DNA of 64,000 nucleotides. Origin: Takakia lepidozioides (taxonomy: Eukaryota > Plantae > Bryophyta). Location: positions 34,906,001 to 34,970,000 of the forward strand of contig CM060732.1 in NCBI GenBank assembly GCA_030704615.1, read 5' to 3'. The notes beneath the pieces are model-generated. The model worked only from the letters and a program-made list of their open reading frames with translations. It was not told where the DNA came from and ran no database searches. Shown here piece after piece: positions 12,911-26,200 of the stretch. The position numbers and the translations under genes were made by a program. The stretch's first letter is position 1. The number at the start of each line of letters is the position of its first letter.

Positions 12911-14091
12911 CTTCATCTTTATTCGCAAATTCCGTCTGAAATATAGTCTCTCAGATTAGGTCCGATAACTTGCCTGTGAAGTTTGCCATTCCTCAAAAGT
13001 ACACAAAACCAAGCAATAAGTGTCCAGGTTAGCTAGGGAGTTGGAAGTTTGTGTCTAAACTTGTCAATTGACAACGACTGGCATCACTTTGCCAAGCCTT
13101 CCCTCAACATCTTTTTGACAGCAAGAACTATCAAGACCCGATTATGGGTAGATTGCACCATGGTAGCTCACTACTTGACCTTTCCCCCAAAAAAGAAGGG
13201 AAGGGATCTCTAGAGGGAAACAACTTGCAACAGACTGCACTGAGGGACTCACTCCCTCACAAGTTTAATGGATCCTTCTTTTGTGGTTTTTTTATCAGTA
13301 AGTTATGTAAGATACCGATCTTCAAGACATCTGGCAACTTCTCAACAGGCTAATAGGTAGTGCATAGAAATGTGAACACAATTTATCTTTGGAATGTATA
13401 TGCTCAGGTGATAACTGGTAAGGGAACATCAGGATGAGGATCCAACTCACAAGAAGACATGCCCCACCAGATCATGGCCTTCATCTTCAACGCAATCCAA
13501 AGCTGTATATCTAGAAAATGGCTTTCACCTCATCACCTGACATTGACGTTTTTATGAACTTGTGAACTCTTGGTATTGAAAAGCACTCCTGTGATGATCT
13601 CACATTCGGTTTCATCCTGCTTGATGGTTTTCTCTCCGTATTAGTTATTGGGTTCCTCCCCCGCCCACTATTGGTGTCTGCTTTACTGTCCCTTGGGGTT
13701 TTATTTTTTCCCCTGATCAAGAAAATTTTGAGGCTGACTTCCCCTCTTAAAAACCAAAAAAGAAGAAGAAAAACACTTGTGGAAAGTGTGCAGAATGTCT
13801 CATAATGAGCTCAGGATTGAGTATGTGATTGAATGTCTTCCAAGCGGAAGTGACTTACATGTACTGCTCTTGATAAAGCTCAGTCCTCTTTTAAAGGACC
13901 ATGAGATCGGTTTCGACTTGATCATAAATTATGTACATATGAATTGTGATCTGAAGAGGATTTTCACTGACTAGTCGGCTGAATCAAGACCATCGAGTTT
14001 GAATCATGACATGACTATACTACCTCTACGGGTCAAGTAACTTGTTATAAGGGACGCAGGCCTGGTGTAGCTGGAAGCTGGTTCTACAAGT

Positions 14092-16281
14092 CTAGCAGCT
14101 TCCATGGGCAAAAGGGCCGGGAGTTCCAGTCCATCCTTCAACACACTTGAGGAGAGGAGCCACTAGTTTTCCATCTGAGATGGCCTCATACACCTTCTCA
14201 ATCTCTTGGCCCGGAGACACACTTCTCAACCCTGACAACAACTGCGTGCCCAACTCTGAGCGCACAAACTTGTAGAGAGGGTACGTTCTGCACTCCTCAA
14301 TCCGGTTCGGTACCGCGGAGTATCCCTTGTTATCGTAGGCCTCACGGACTAGCGGTACCTTAGCATTCAGGCATGTGGTCAACTCTTCTTCAAAGGCAGA
14401 AATCCTGTGGAACACAGAGGTGGATTCCAATTTCTCGTTCTTGGGGTTTTGGAGAGCATGTTGCACCAACACTTCCCTCAACTTTTGCATCAGAGGGTAC
14501 GACAGACTTGCTGCATCGTCGATGTAGCTGAATACAGGTTGGCAGTTCACCACGCGTAACAGATCTTTCTCGCAGAACCGTGCTGGCAAAAGTGCACCGT
14601 TGCTGCCTGTGAAGAGCGTCTTCTTGGCAACCTGGGAAACAATTTGCTTGACTGTCGTCTGCATTGTCTCCTCAATGTGACGAAGGTCGATGGCCTGGCA
14701 CAGACCTACCAAGAATGTGGAGCTCATGAGCTTAAGAATCTCAATAGATTCCTCAGTCTTGCGGGCGGACACCAAACCCAGCGAGTTCACATCCTGGTTG
14801 TGCTGCTCAGCACTTTGTACGTGGGTGGTCACTGGGTTGGCCAAGTAGTTCAGCTCTGAGAGGTAGGAAGCCATGGCTATCTCCCCTCCCTTCATGCCAT
14901 AGTCCAGGCTGGGGTTAGGTCCTCCGCTCAGGTTTGAGGGCAACCCATTGTTGTAGTAGTCGTTGACCAGCTCAGAGAACTGTGCAAACATGAGCTTCCC
15001 AATCGCAGCGATGGCCAACCGCATGTTGTCCATGGAGACTCCAATGGGGGTGCCTTGGAAGTTTCCGCCATGAAGGGCTCTGTCCCCGGCGGCGTCGATG
15101 ATTGGGTTATCGTTCACCGAGTTGATTTCTCTTTGAATGGCGTGCGTTGCATTGCGAATTACCTCCACCTGCGGGCCCAGCCATTGCGGGGATGTACGCA
15201 GCGCATATCGATCCTGCTTGGGTTTCGTCAGCGGGTCAGTCTCATGCAACTGTGCAGCCGCCTTCATGTAGGAGCTTCCATCGAGCACCCACTCCATAAT
15301 CGCAGCCGCCTCCATCTGGCCTGGGTGGTGCTTTAGTTTGTGCGTCAGCGGGTCAGCGAACTCGGGCTTTCCTTGCATCACTTCACAGAACAGTGCAGAC
15401 AGAACTTCAGCCAGTAGCACCATCACATTGGCATCAAAGCACACAGTGGAAGCCAAGGCTGACCCCACCGCTGTTCCGTTGACAATGGCCAGGCCTTCCT
15501 TCGGCTGCAATTCAAACGGTTTCTCGACCCCAGCGAGCCTCAGAGCTTCCAAGGCAGACACCTCCGTTCCGTCCTCGGTCACGGCTCTGGAGTTGGGTCT
15601 GTTTGTAAGCAGTCCCGCGATGTAAGACAATGGAACAAGGTCTCCTGAAGCAGTAACGGTTCCGCGCAGTGGCAACTTGGGTGTGACATTTGCATTTAGA
15701 AGCTTTTCCATGGCTTCCAGAATCTCCCACCGAATTCCTGAGTATCCCTGCATCAATGTATTGGTGCGCACAAGCATGGCTGCTCGCGTGGTGCACGTCG
15801 GGAGGCTGTTGCCCTTCCCGAGGACTCCCGCATTCAGAAACCTAATTAGCTCTCTCTGGAGCTCCACTCCTTGCTGTGTCCGCCGGTGAGAGGTGGCTCC
15901 AAAACCAGTTGTGACGCCATAGATATCACCCCCGTTCATGATCTTCTGCAGAACCCAGTTGGAGCTTTCATCTACTCGATTCTTGGCATTGGCAGCATCC
16001 AGCACCACTCTCACTTCTGGTCGGCGGGCCACGGCTGCCACCTGACCTACCGTCAAAGTCACCCCTTCAATGGCTACTTCGGTTGCCTCATAGAATGTTT
16101 TCACCATATCTTTAACCTCGTCCAAATGGCTGCTTTTCATGGCTGCCGCTGCTCGCGCCCAGTTTAGAGGATCCGCAAGCTGGACGTCAGAAGAACAAAA
16201 ACAATCAGCTCCAGTATGGTATTGCAAGGATTTCGCTGCATTTCCGTTCATGGTCGCCTGAGCTTCGTTGGCCATCACCAT
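14092..16281 (-). CDS. PAL: phenylalanine ammonia-lyase (intronless, ~729 aa)
   Basis: Complete ORF with [23 protein letters not shown] motif [25 protein letters not shown] (Phe at the substrate-selectivity position), [16 protein letters not shown]. The first in-frame ATG is at ~16278. Confidence 0.98.
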   Translation of the reverse strand: MVMANEAQATMNGNAAKSLQYHTGADCFCSSDVQLADPLNWARAAAAMKSSHLDEVKDMVKTFYEATEVAIEGVTLTVGQVAAVARRPEVRVVLDAANAKNRVDESSNWVLQKIMNGGDIYGVTTGFGATSHRRTQQGVELQRELIRFLNAGVLGKGNSLPTCTTRAAMLVRTNTLMQGYSGIRWEILEAMEKLLNANVTPKLPLRGTVTASGDLVPLSYIAGLLTNRPNSRAVTEDGTEVSALEALRLAGVEKPFELQPKEGLAIVNGTAVGSALASTVCFDANVMVLLAEVLSALFCEVMQGKPEFADPLTHKLKHHPGQMEAAAIMEWVLDGSSYMKAAAQLHETDPLTKPKQDRYALRTSPQWLGPQVEVIRNATHAIQREINSVNDNPIIDAAGDRALHGGNFQGTPIGVSMDNMRLAIAAIGKLMFAQFSELVNDYYNNGLPSNLSGGPNPSLDYGMKGGEIAMASYLSELNYLANPVTTHVQSAEQHNQDVNSLGLVSARKTEESIEILKLMSSTFLVGLCQAIDLRHIEETMQTTVKQIVSQVAKKTLFTGSNGALLPARFCEKDLLRVVNCQPVFSYIDDAASLSYPLMQKLREVLVQHALQNPKNEKLESTSVFHRISAFEEELTTCLNAKVPLVREAYDNKGYSAVPNRIEECRTYPLYKFVRSELGTQLLSGLRSVSPGQEIEKVYEAISDGKLVAPLLKCVEGWTGTPGPFAHGSC

Positions 16282-16502
16282 TCTGCTGCTGGGATTAGAG
16301 CGAGACCCTTCGAGAGGTTGTACAACCTGGCAACGACTGACTAGTGCTGGATTGAGGGAGCGGTGTATGCCGAGCAGCTCTGAATCTGTAGAGATAAAAA
16401 TTGGGGAGGCCGGGAGAGAATGCAGACTGTATATTGTTTGCCCGTCTACAACCCAGCTAGACGAGGTTGCTGTGATGCTGAGAGCAGGAATGTGAAGGTG
16501 CT

Positions 16503-16510
16503 CTTTATAC
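16503..16510 (-). promoter_or_regulatory. candidate TATA box of PAL
   Basis: TATAAAGA on the minus strand ~225 bp upstream of the start codon. Confidence 0.35.
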
Positions 16511-17949
16511 GTTGTTTGAAGCTACAGTCAAATTGGTGTACCGCCGCGTGATTGCAATGGATGCCTGATTTGACTTAGTCCGGGGTGAGAGAAACGAGCT
16601 CAGAGCGAGAGGTTAGTCAAAGTTGTCGACTTCGTTTTCATCCACATCCGACTGATGTTCATCCATTAGTGCTTGGAATGGCTCGTGTTTTTCAAAGGAT
16701 GATGCTATTTGTCATCCATGATGGCGCAGTCAGTGTCAAGCACGTGTGGTGCGATCCGTCAACAAGCTCATCCTCGAGCTCAGCACTCGTGCTTTGACTG
16801 CGGGTATCCAACTCGCCCTGGCCGCCTGCGCTGCTGTTCCAAGAAATTGTGATCCATGCGAGACTCGGTGCACCCCACAGTGGACCTGCAAGGTTGAACT
16901 GGGAATACTTGAACACACCCTAAGTACGTAGTTAATAGTATAGGTCCTCTACATATTACTGATCAGCCGTTTTAAACTAGGTGTACAAGACTGGAACAAG
17001 AGCACTAGATTGGTCGTGCCAGAAGAAGTTCGACACTTGACATGAAACTTGTGATTTCTAGAAAAATACTCAGGGTGACTGGTACAGTGGAAATATGCAT
17101 GACTTACAGGTATCAATTTAGGCTGTTACATCTGAAATAGTAGCATGTCAAGCTGGGGTCGTATTAAATGGCAGAAATGGTGAATTGAAATCTCGTTTGA
17201 CATCCAGTGTTCAAGATTGGCTGTTATTGTGTAATATAATTGATGCAGGTTTAAAGCAACGTCAACCGTTTAAAGTCGATTCAGGAGAGCTAGCGGCACA
17301 ATTGGACTCTAGTCATTGCACTGTCGTTTTCCAAGGTCCGGAAGAGGCCGCCTGTGTTAAGTCTTGAAGCTGAACCTGATTCAAGGCTGTAGGAAGACCG
17401 TCCCCTCTGTACTGATTTGTGCGGGCAAGCTGGGGACCTCAGTTGCTGTCAGCAGATGGACTTCCTGGTCAAGAGCTCGTCAAGATTGCTAGAGATGTAC
17501 TGACATCTCAGGCTGCTGCAAGATAAAAGACTGATCTGCAACCATTCGCATATTTTTTCTAATTCATCTAACGACAAGTTATGTTAAATTCAGAGAGCTC
17601 TTGATCAATAGATCATGTTGTTAATTTCTCAGCTGCCATCTTGCAGACAACTGGTTCTATGAGATATAAGTGTACATACATAATTCTCGAGATTTATCAA
17701 CAAAGGAATTTCATTTAACGTGCCCAGATGTCAATTGGACTGCGAGGCCTGATCAACGTACTATGTAGGCCTCTGGCACGTCTGGCTGAAATTGTGACGG
17801 AGATTTGGAGAATGATCAATATTGGAAACTTTGATAATTATCTACCGTCATTCTGGTGACTCGGATTATAATATGACTCTGGTGTTGCAAAAGTCCCTGT
17901 ACATAAAACAATGCAGTTGCAGAGTTTACAGAGAATAATTGCTAAACCG

Positions 17950-19060
17950 TTCATCATGAGGATCAAGCAGTTGCCTTTCAATCTTCATCATGTATTTTCT
18001 TGGTCACCTCTGAAGAAGCCTGCCGCTACCCACTAGGGTTCTGATTGAATTGCTAGACACCACTACTTAACACCGATGTGAGGTCTGTTTTTGAGCAGGC
18101 TAGCAAGTGGAGAGCTAATGGAAACCATAATTTAAGCAGTCAATGAAGAAACCTCCCACAGAAAGGATTCTGTTAGTCGAGCTGTTAGTTAATTTCCAGA
18201 GGAAGGCTGAGATCTTTCAAGATCTGTGTTTTTTCCAGATATCAGCCCCGACCAGTTTCCAAGAGACGGGGTGGCCAGGGACCTGAGCCCACTTGCTAGT
18301 CCATTTAGGATCGAAATTCCGTGTAGGTATAAGCACATTGTAACCCAGTTTTACTAAGTAGCCGAAGAAATGATCGTGTTTTTTGTTCATCCATATCCAT
18401 TCCACTGGATCAAACTGCAGCAATTTGATCAGAGAGAAATCTCTGCTCAAGATTATCAGAGAGAAATCATCTGAATTTCGAGCATAATGAGGAGGTCGAA
18501 CAGAATTTGATTTCGCCGTGGTCGTGCAAAAGACTCTGATCGCCTAGAGCTGAGAGCTGTCAGGAAGGAGTTCCAGCTCTAGTGCAAAGAGATCAGTACC
18601 ATCATGATGGACCCCGAAACAAGGACCACTCAGTTGACCATGATCGCTGTAGTCTGCAAACTGAGCCCTTAGGTGAGAGTTCATGGAAAAACCCAACTAT
18701 AAGGGAAATTTTCTGAGATGGGGTTGGGAAAGAAGTTTAGTCCGTCGCAGGGGAAGGCTGCCAATCACCAAAATCCCAGCCCATAGCAACTCTTCTAGAT
18801 GAGAAACCTTCGGAGGCCGTGGCCGGGAAAATCGTATTGCCCGGCCACATCATCCCAGAAATGAGAGAGATGAGAAAGCGCTGCAGATTCCCCATGAGCC
18901 ATCGTTCACCGCAATGAAATGGCTCCCCAAATGAAATTCCTCATCAGAGTTTGATATGGCGACCAAAGGGATGAGATGAAACACATGGAAGCCAACAGTA
19001 TTTGATTGACGACTAGAGCTCTGCCAACCACACAAAGATAAAGGGAACTCTAGTAACACA
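17950..19060 (-). mobile_element. degenerate L1/Tx1-like LINE 3' region
   Basis: VSWKLVGADIWKKH..*KISAFLWKL resembles the W..IW....K...FLW.L segment before the zf-RVT of L1-type ORF2; multiple stops. Confidence 0.45.
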
Positions 19061-20159
19061 GTTTTATTCTAAAATAGGGACGGAAACTCCAAAATAGGTG
19101 ATGAAAGGAAGGACTTTTTTTCTTTTTTTTTCTTCCAGAACAGGGGCGGTGCCCAGGACTTCTTTATTCTCCTCCATGCAAAGTATATGTGCGATAATGA
19201 TATAATCAGATTGTGGAGGGCCTGTATGTGGAAAATTTCAACTCGATACTTGAATTTGGTGGGTCAAACCAGTTTTTACATGCAGTTTTGGAATACATCT
19301 TTATTATACCTAATCTCCTGGATGCAATGATCAAATTGCCTGCACTTCTCACAGGACGTGGATGTAGCAGACATGCACATAAATATAAGGTTCTTCCCTA
19401 TGGATGATTGGGGATAAACAGTTACACCCTCATCCATGAGGGTATGCACATTTTGTAACAGTCCACCAAAAGGGTGCTCGTCCTTTAGGGGTTATGTGAC
19501 ACAAAGTATGATAAGACAAAACTCCAATGGATAACATATATTGATAATAAGAAAGAACCTTTACCAATAAAGTTTTTCAGGACCACTTCCCTTCTTTTAA
19601 AAAAAAATTGATTCTTTGAAACAAACTAGGCAAGATGTAGAGGGTGATGAATTCCGTGTTTTCTCGTGAGGGAGAAGAGGACTTCAACATTTTTGCTAAG
19701 TCTCGCCTCCGACGAACCTTGGATGACAATGAGGTAAAACCGTAACTTACAAACTTACATCTAAAGCATGCTGCAACCTGTAGCTCTCCCGTAGCCAATT
19801 ATCATAAACGGTCCACACCTCTTCAGGCAATGCAATTTTCAAATCGGAAATTGCAGACCGGGAGACATCTACAAGTGGCCGAATGAACCCTCTCAAACAC
19901 ACCATGACGAGAAGAAATGACACTACCCGTGGACAAGCTTAGAAAGGAGATAGGCACCCGCAACAACGGCGGAGGTTGGAGCAATGCAGAAAACTTCGCT
20001 ACGGCCGTCGCAGGAAAATCAGCTCACCAAACATTCCAGAAACCGAACACTCTTCAAATTACACTTGAATCCCAGATCGTCACCCATAATTTAATTGTTG
20101 TTGACTCTGCTACATCAACTCCTATAGATAGATTTGCATTCACCAACCTCAGCATCGTG

Positions 20160-22314
20160 TGATAACCTTCTTCGTCATTAACCTACGTATGCTTCGTGAT
20201 TCCATTATTCTGCAACAATCAGCACATTGCTGCTATTGTACACTGCAACTACAGCCATAAGGAATGAGCGGCAAAAGTTCAAGAGCACTACCTAAACACC
20301 GTGTCCATGAAGATAACTAGTAGAAAAATCTAATTAACTCATCCAACGTGGCACTAACTAAACCAGCTTAGTTATCAGTAAGTAACTAATGCTCACTGGC
20401 AAACTGCAGTCGTATGCATATATACTGAACACTCCCACTCAGGGAGCCAAGGAGCATTGCTCTCTCTCTCAATCCAAAATCTCCCACTCAATGCTCACGG
20501 ATCACTGGTGACATAAGTCCAAGTAGTCTCCGTAGACCTGTAAACTTCTCTGCATGCAAACCTTTTGTGAATTGCTTTGGAAATTCTGGATTGTGAGCTA
20601 ACTTGATGCAGCTTTGACTGTCTGAGAGAAGGAGTGTCGGTGAGCGTTGTGGGTAGCCAATGTTGCCAAGCAAGTGACGAAGCCAAACGATTTCCTTAGT
20701 GGCCACAAATCTTGCAACGTATTCAGACTCTGTAGTGCTCCTTGCCGTGCACTGTTGTTTACGTGAACCCCAAGCAACAGGGCCGTTGTTTAAGAAAAGT
20801 ACATACCCAACTACGGGATTTTCAATCATCAAGATTTGCTCCATAATCTGCATCACAGTAAGCAGTAAGGATAGATATTGCTGGTGCCATTTCCTCCATA
20901 GCATATGGAGAGATGTGTGGTATTCTTGAGATATTTCAGAATTCTCTTGACAGCTACAGAATGGGCACGAGTGTGAGTAGCACAAAACTTAGCAGCATTT
21001 GAAACTACATAAGATATGTTGGGGCGGTTGCCTAGGCTCACAAAAGCAAGACTGCCAACAATCTCTTGATATGGAAAGTGTATGTCAACATCCTCTGACA
21101 GACTGAGGTGAACATTTGGGTCAACAGGGACAGTGGCAGTGACGGGAGTGACATCCTGGAAACCATATCTGTGAATTGTGCATTCAACATAAAGTTGCTG
21201 GTCAATATATAACAAGCGATGAGCTCGGTCTCTGGTGATTCTAAGGCCGATGTAGCTGTCGTGCACCTAAGCATCGTGCCACAACATACATCGCTGTCCA
21301 CCACACAATCTAAGCACATAATCCTAGAAAGCTATACCACAATGATAACGAAAGTGAACATAATGGAAACCCTCCACTCATGAATCCACTCAATCACATA
21401 AAGTAAGTCAAGCCAAGGGCACCCTTGCTAAGGGAATCCACCCTACAAAGCCCTCACCACACTCCCTCTCAATACCTAGAGCTATGGAGGTGAGAGAGGC
21501 TCATGGAGGCTCAACTACAAGATGATGAGCCTCCTCCATCCTCACAAGGGGAAAACCTATCCCCATGTCCCAAGTGAGGCTCGACACCTCACTTGGCATG
21601 TGAGACCAAATGAAGTCCCAACACACAAAATATAAATATAAATATCTAAAATGTCCTCGTTAACTAAAAATAGGTAATTCTAGATAACCATGACTAAAAC
21701 CATGACATAGCAATCGGGAGGCCCTATTTTTGTCTCAAATACTCCCTTCATGTAAGCTAGAGTTTGATCGATCCGAGCATTACTCACGCTACATGCGAGT
21801 CCAAAAATTATAATAAGAAGTCGTGGCTCGCGATCAGTGTAATAGACGCATGGATCAGCTATGTTTGGCACTAGGTGGTGCTTAACAAGAAAGTCATTTA
21901 AACGCTGATTCCATACGCGTGAAGCTTGCTTGAGACAATAAATGGACTTTCGTAAGCAACAAACTTTATGTGGAGCTGTAGAGTCTGCAAACCCTAGAGC
22001 TTGATCCACACAAATCTCTTCGTCAATCTCCCCATATAGAACTGTTATTTTAACATCAAATTGAATCATGTTCATGTCCTCCATGGCTGCAATTGCCAAA
22101 ACAGTGCAGATAGAGTCAAAACGAGCGACTCGTGCATATGTCTCACCATAATCGGTGCCCTGTTGCTGAGTAAAACCACGAGCAACAACTCTGGCCTTAA
22201 ATCAATCGATTGATCCATCGGATTTTAGCTTCAGCTTCTATACCCATGTGCAGCTCACATTGCGTCGCCCTCGAGGCAAATCGACGAGTGTCCACGTTTC
22301 ATTCCTTATCAATG
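20160..22314 (-). mobile_element. Ty1/Copia retrotransposon relic (RT-RNase H, PPT, 3' LTR), 5'-truncated
   Basis: TWTLVDLP, KARVVARGFTQQQGTDY, QFDVK, LRKSIYCLKQASRVW, YQEIVGSL, WGSRKQ..TARSTTESEY. Purine tract gagtgggag precedes TG of the LTR at 20431; the LTR distal end is uncertain. Confidence 0.88.
21257..21707. mobile_element. solo LTR (451 bp) inserted in the Copia RT
   Basis: TGTCGTG...CATGACA inverted termini and 4-bp TSD TAGC; removal restores the frame PDCYIG. Confidence 0.85.
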
Positions 22315-23226
22315 GGGGATGCTTCCGCGTGAGCGCAGGCAGGCTCACGTCATGTCAGCAGTTCTTGCCACCTTGGTTGACGGGTCTGACGCCACGTCAG
22401 CCGACCTCGCCAACGTGCTTGACACCACGTCGCGTCATGCCACGTCATTTTCATGGGCCTGGGCCTATAACCGCGGACCGAACAGGCAAAGGGGGCCTAT
22501 AGCCGCGGATTGCGCATTCAGCAGACAGGAAACCATGTGTGGGCGACAAGGCGAGGTGCAGAAGAGAGCTGAATGTTGCTGAATGATAGTGTTTGTAGAG
22601 ACTTAAATGGTTGTGGATGAATTAATGTCCAGGTCATCAGTCTACAATGGTCATCAGAGATGATTTAATGTCATGCTAATGTGGTATTCTACGTTGCTAT
22701 TATCAATCTACAATGGTTGTGGATGAATTAATGAGGATGAAGCAGAGCTAATGTGGATGGGACGCTGCGAGTATGGATGAATGAGGATGAAAAGTGGTGG
22801 ACGAATATGGATGAAATATCGTGAATGAATGAGAGAGTGGATGAATTTTGAGCGAGGATGTCATTCTAACATTTATGAAAACCAAGCACAACGATGAATG
22901 TCGTTTGCACAAACATTAGAAATTGTGCCTAAAATCCCTCATGAACCACATGATAAGATGAATGTCTGTCATTTGGGGAAAGGTAGACAGATGACAGAAA
23001 TGTAGAATAAGACAACACTTAAACCCTTTGCTCATGCAGATTGCCAGAATGATGCTAATGAGAGACTCAAACAAACAGCTGTTTACTGTACATTACAATC
23101 AAAGCCTACAAGCCAGGAACTGTTCACTGTATGAAATGCATAGAAGCCACGGTTGTAAATGCATACACGCCATGAAAATGAGAAACCATCTTTTAACGAC
23201 ATTACCACGAACAGGCACAAATTTTA

Positions 23227-26200
23227 TTACAAAATCTGGGAGGGAAAGCCTGCCTCCTCCAACATGGCAATCTCCTTAGTTGTGAGATGTGTCCCTACCT
23301 TCACAGGCCAAACGCTTGGTGGAGGAGGCTTCATGACAACCGATGGTCGCACAGTCCCACGCACGCACCTACCACAGTCGTCAGGGCAGATCCAGAATTT
23401 GTGGTTCTTTGCCTCGGCTTGCTCGTAAGGCGTGAACAAACCAGTGAAGGTCAGAGCCGGAGTGCGGACCTTGTCTTTGGATATGGAGGACTTGCATTTC
23501 TCACGATTGGTTACTCTAATTGCTGTGCACTTCACTCGAGACCCAGCAGCCAGACTTCGTCAGGGCACATGGACTCCACCACAGGGGGGAGCATGTTCGT
23601 CTCCTGCCCCATTCCACTCACAGTGGGAGATGGCTGCCTTTGGCTTTGTGACAAAGGATCGTCCGCACTGGATATGCCGGAAACGAACCCACTACAACAG
23701 AACGCGGTATATCTGACTGGCAGGCCGCGGTAGTCATGGTTTTCCTGACTTTGACCATGACTTCCCTGTATTTTTGGACCAAATGGGGCTTCACGTACTC
23801 GTTGAAATGACTGCGTGACTACGTAGTCCTACTTTATCATGACTGCATGGCTCCGCAATACCGAAAGGTTGGCCAACGATGGTTGACCAGCGTGAGCTCA
23901 CCACCAAATAGTCGTTGGAATGACTTCTAGTGCAAGCGTGGTAGCCAAAAGGTTAAAACAATTTAAAAAGTTGTTTATAGGGTTGTCCATTAGAGGGCTG
24001 GGACTTAGTTTTTTTTCTTATTTCTCCTGCGCGGTTTCTTAGTATCGAGCTGTTGTGTCATGGAACACAATGATTGCAGGATAGGGCGTGGGATGGAGGC
24101 TTTGCATTGAGCTACTGATGCGGGGCGAAGCGCAACTTGCACCGCAACCGCAATGGGCTCTTGGCTCATGTTCGTACCGTGATGTGGTATTCTTCCTAAT
24201 GTTTACAAGGTTCTTGGGAGAGTCAGCTTGGTCTTGGTAGTCCGTGTTTCAATCGACGCCTGCTCAGCTGCACCGTGGTGGTTCTCACAGTCCAATCCGA
24301 CATTACCTGACGATAGACACAAGCAGCACATACAAAAGGTCCTCTTGGGTTCATGGTCAGTCAAATCCTCCATGGGTCATGACACAAGGTCGAGGACAAA
24401 TGTGGTGAGGGCACCTTCTTCTTCGACCTATTTCAGCCTGTTTTGCCCTCTCATCAGACTCGGCACGGAGCAGAGCTGACATGAGTTTGTGAAGATCCTT
24501 CACGATCATGGTGGGACAACCGCAATCACAAGGTGTGGCTTTTTCTTAATGTACCATGTGAAGAAGTTAGTCCATCCTGTAAATTTGGGCTCTTGGCTCC
24601 TGTTATGAAATGACAGCAAAAAAGAGGGTTATTTGCATCCTCAATGCATGTGCTGACCTGGAAGCCCTGTAAGTAGGCAAGAGGTTGATGTTGACATCAT
24701 CAAAGCTGGGATTGCACTGGATGTAAATTTGGAGACTGGCCTTGCTGACATGAACGCGAAATGTGGAAGCATGCCTGGCAAACTCTGGTGAGTGTAAGTT
24801 TTGGTTGTTGTTATGGTTGATGACCTGGTTTAGTATCTTTAAATAAATATACACGTGTACCATATTCTTGGTAGTTAGGGACTGGTGATTGATTTCTGAA
24901 TATCTGTTGGAAGATTAGGATTTATGAGCTATTGACTAAGTTTTCAAAGTTATATGCACTAAGTTACAATCTAGCTTGCCATGTACAAGCTCCCTGAGAA
25001 TTACCGTATTTCAGGGTCACTTGACCAGTCTGTGACCTACAATCCCAAACTGCCTTGCTGTACATTTTTCACCAAAGGGGCTCGTGGATTCTCTCGCAAT
25101 AAGTTTAAGCAAGAGGGTGAATGCAGACATCTGCAGCAGTAGCCAGATTGAGCCTTGTGTGGGAGCGAATCTGTAAACACAAGCAACCAGTTGTGGAGCC
25201 TCATGAATCAGCCCTTTTCAACTAGGCCAATGCGGTAAGCTTACTCACTGGACCCTTTGTTCAAGATTTTTGAAGTTGGTAGATAGCGTATTATAGGCAC
25301 AAACCCGCAAATGGATTTGAAGAGGGCGTCTCCCTTGTGAGAATACCTAGGACATTAGATTAGGATATGAATAATAATGTCTTCAGGTTGCCCACACCAC
25401 GGGCATTGGCAATCCACTTTTCCTCTCTACTTCTGTTTGTTGTCCAAATGCAGATTCCCGAAGTTTCCATTCAGTTTACAACCAAGATTGACCTGAATGG
25501 GCCTAGGCTTTTGGCTTAGCCTTCAGATTTACAAAGTTGGTAAATAGGGGCACGTGAACAATTCCCTGAATGGATTCTCACAGGAATTTGCGATCCCCCT
25601 TCCTCTCTGATTCTGTTTGCTGCTGAAAGGTAGGCTTCCTGCCCTAAGTTTAAATTCAGTCTAGTGCCGAGAGTGTGTCACTGTCTTTATCTTTCCAGCA
25701 AAGGTTGTCCTGCAGGTCTGGGTTTTTGGTCATTTCCATCCGGTTTGTAAAACCTTCCATGTTAAGAGCCGGTTTTTGCTCCCTCTCTGAACCTTGACAT
25801 CCAACCTGGTTATGTTCAAGCTGTACATCACTGTAAGATAGGTGTGGTTTTTTGGGGCAATTCACACTAACTATGCACTCTTCCCTCGTCCTAATTTCAG
25901 TGACGGTGCTGGTGTCCATGGGCTGGTCTTGGCAGACCTGCAATCTCTCACTATTCTCTTGATAGATAGATTCATGAACTCATGTGTTCGTGGTTGTGGT
26001 GTGCATGCAGTGGGCATGGAGTTACTGCACATTCGTGACCTGGGAACCGTCTTGACAATAATTTATAACAAGGCTGATGTAAGGCTGTTTGTCATGGCTA
26101 GTGAACCAAAGTAGGAAATTTAACGATTATGAGGGCAACATGTATGTTATGTTCGCCCCCTTAGACTCTGTTTTGAGGAGCCAGATTTTGGGACAGGAGT

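Noticed and set aside
14644-16167. Plus-strand ORFs overlapping PAL
   Set aside because: Antisense shadow frames of a real coding sequence, with no motifs.
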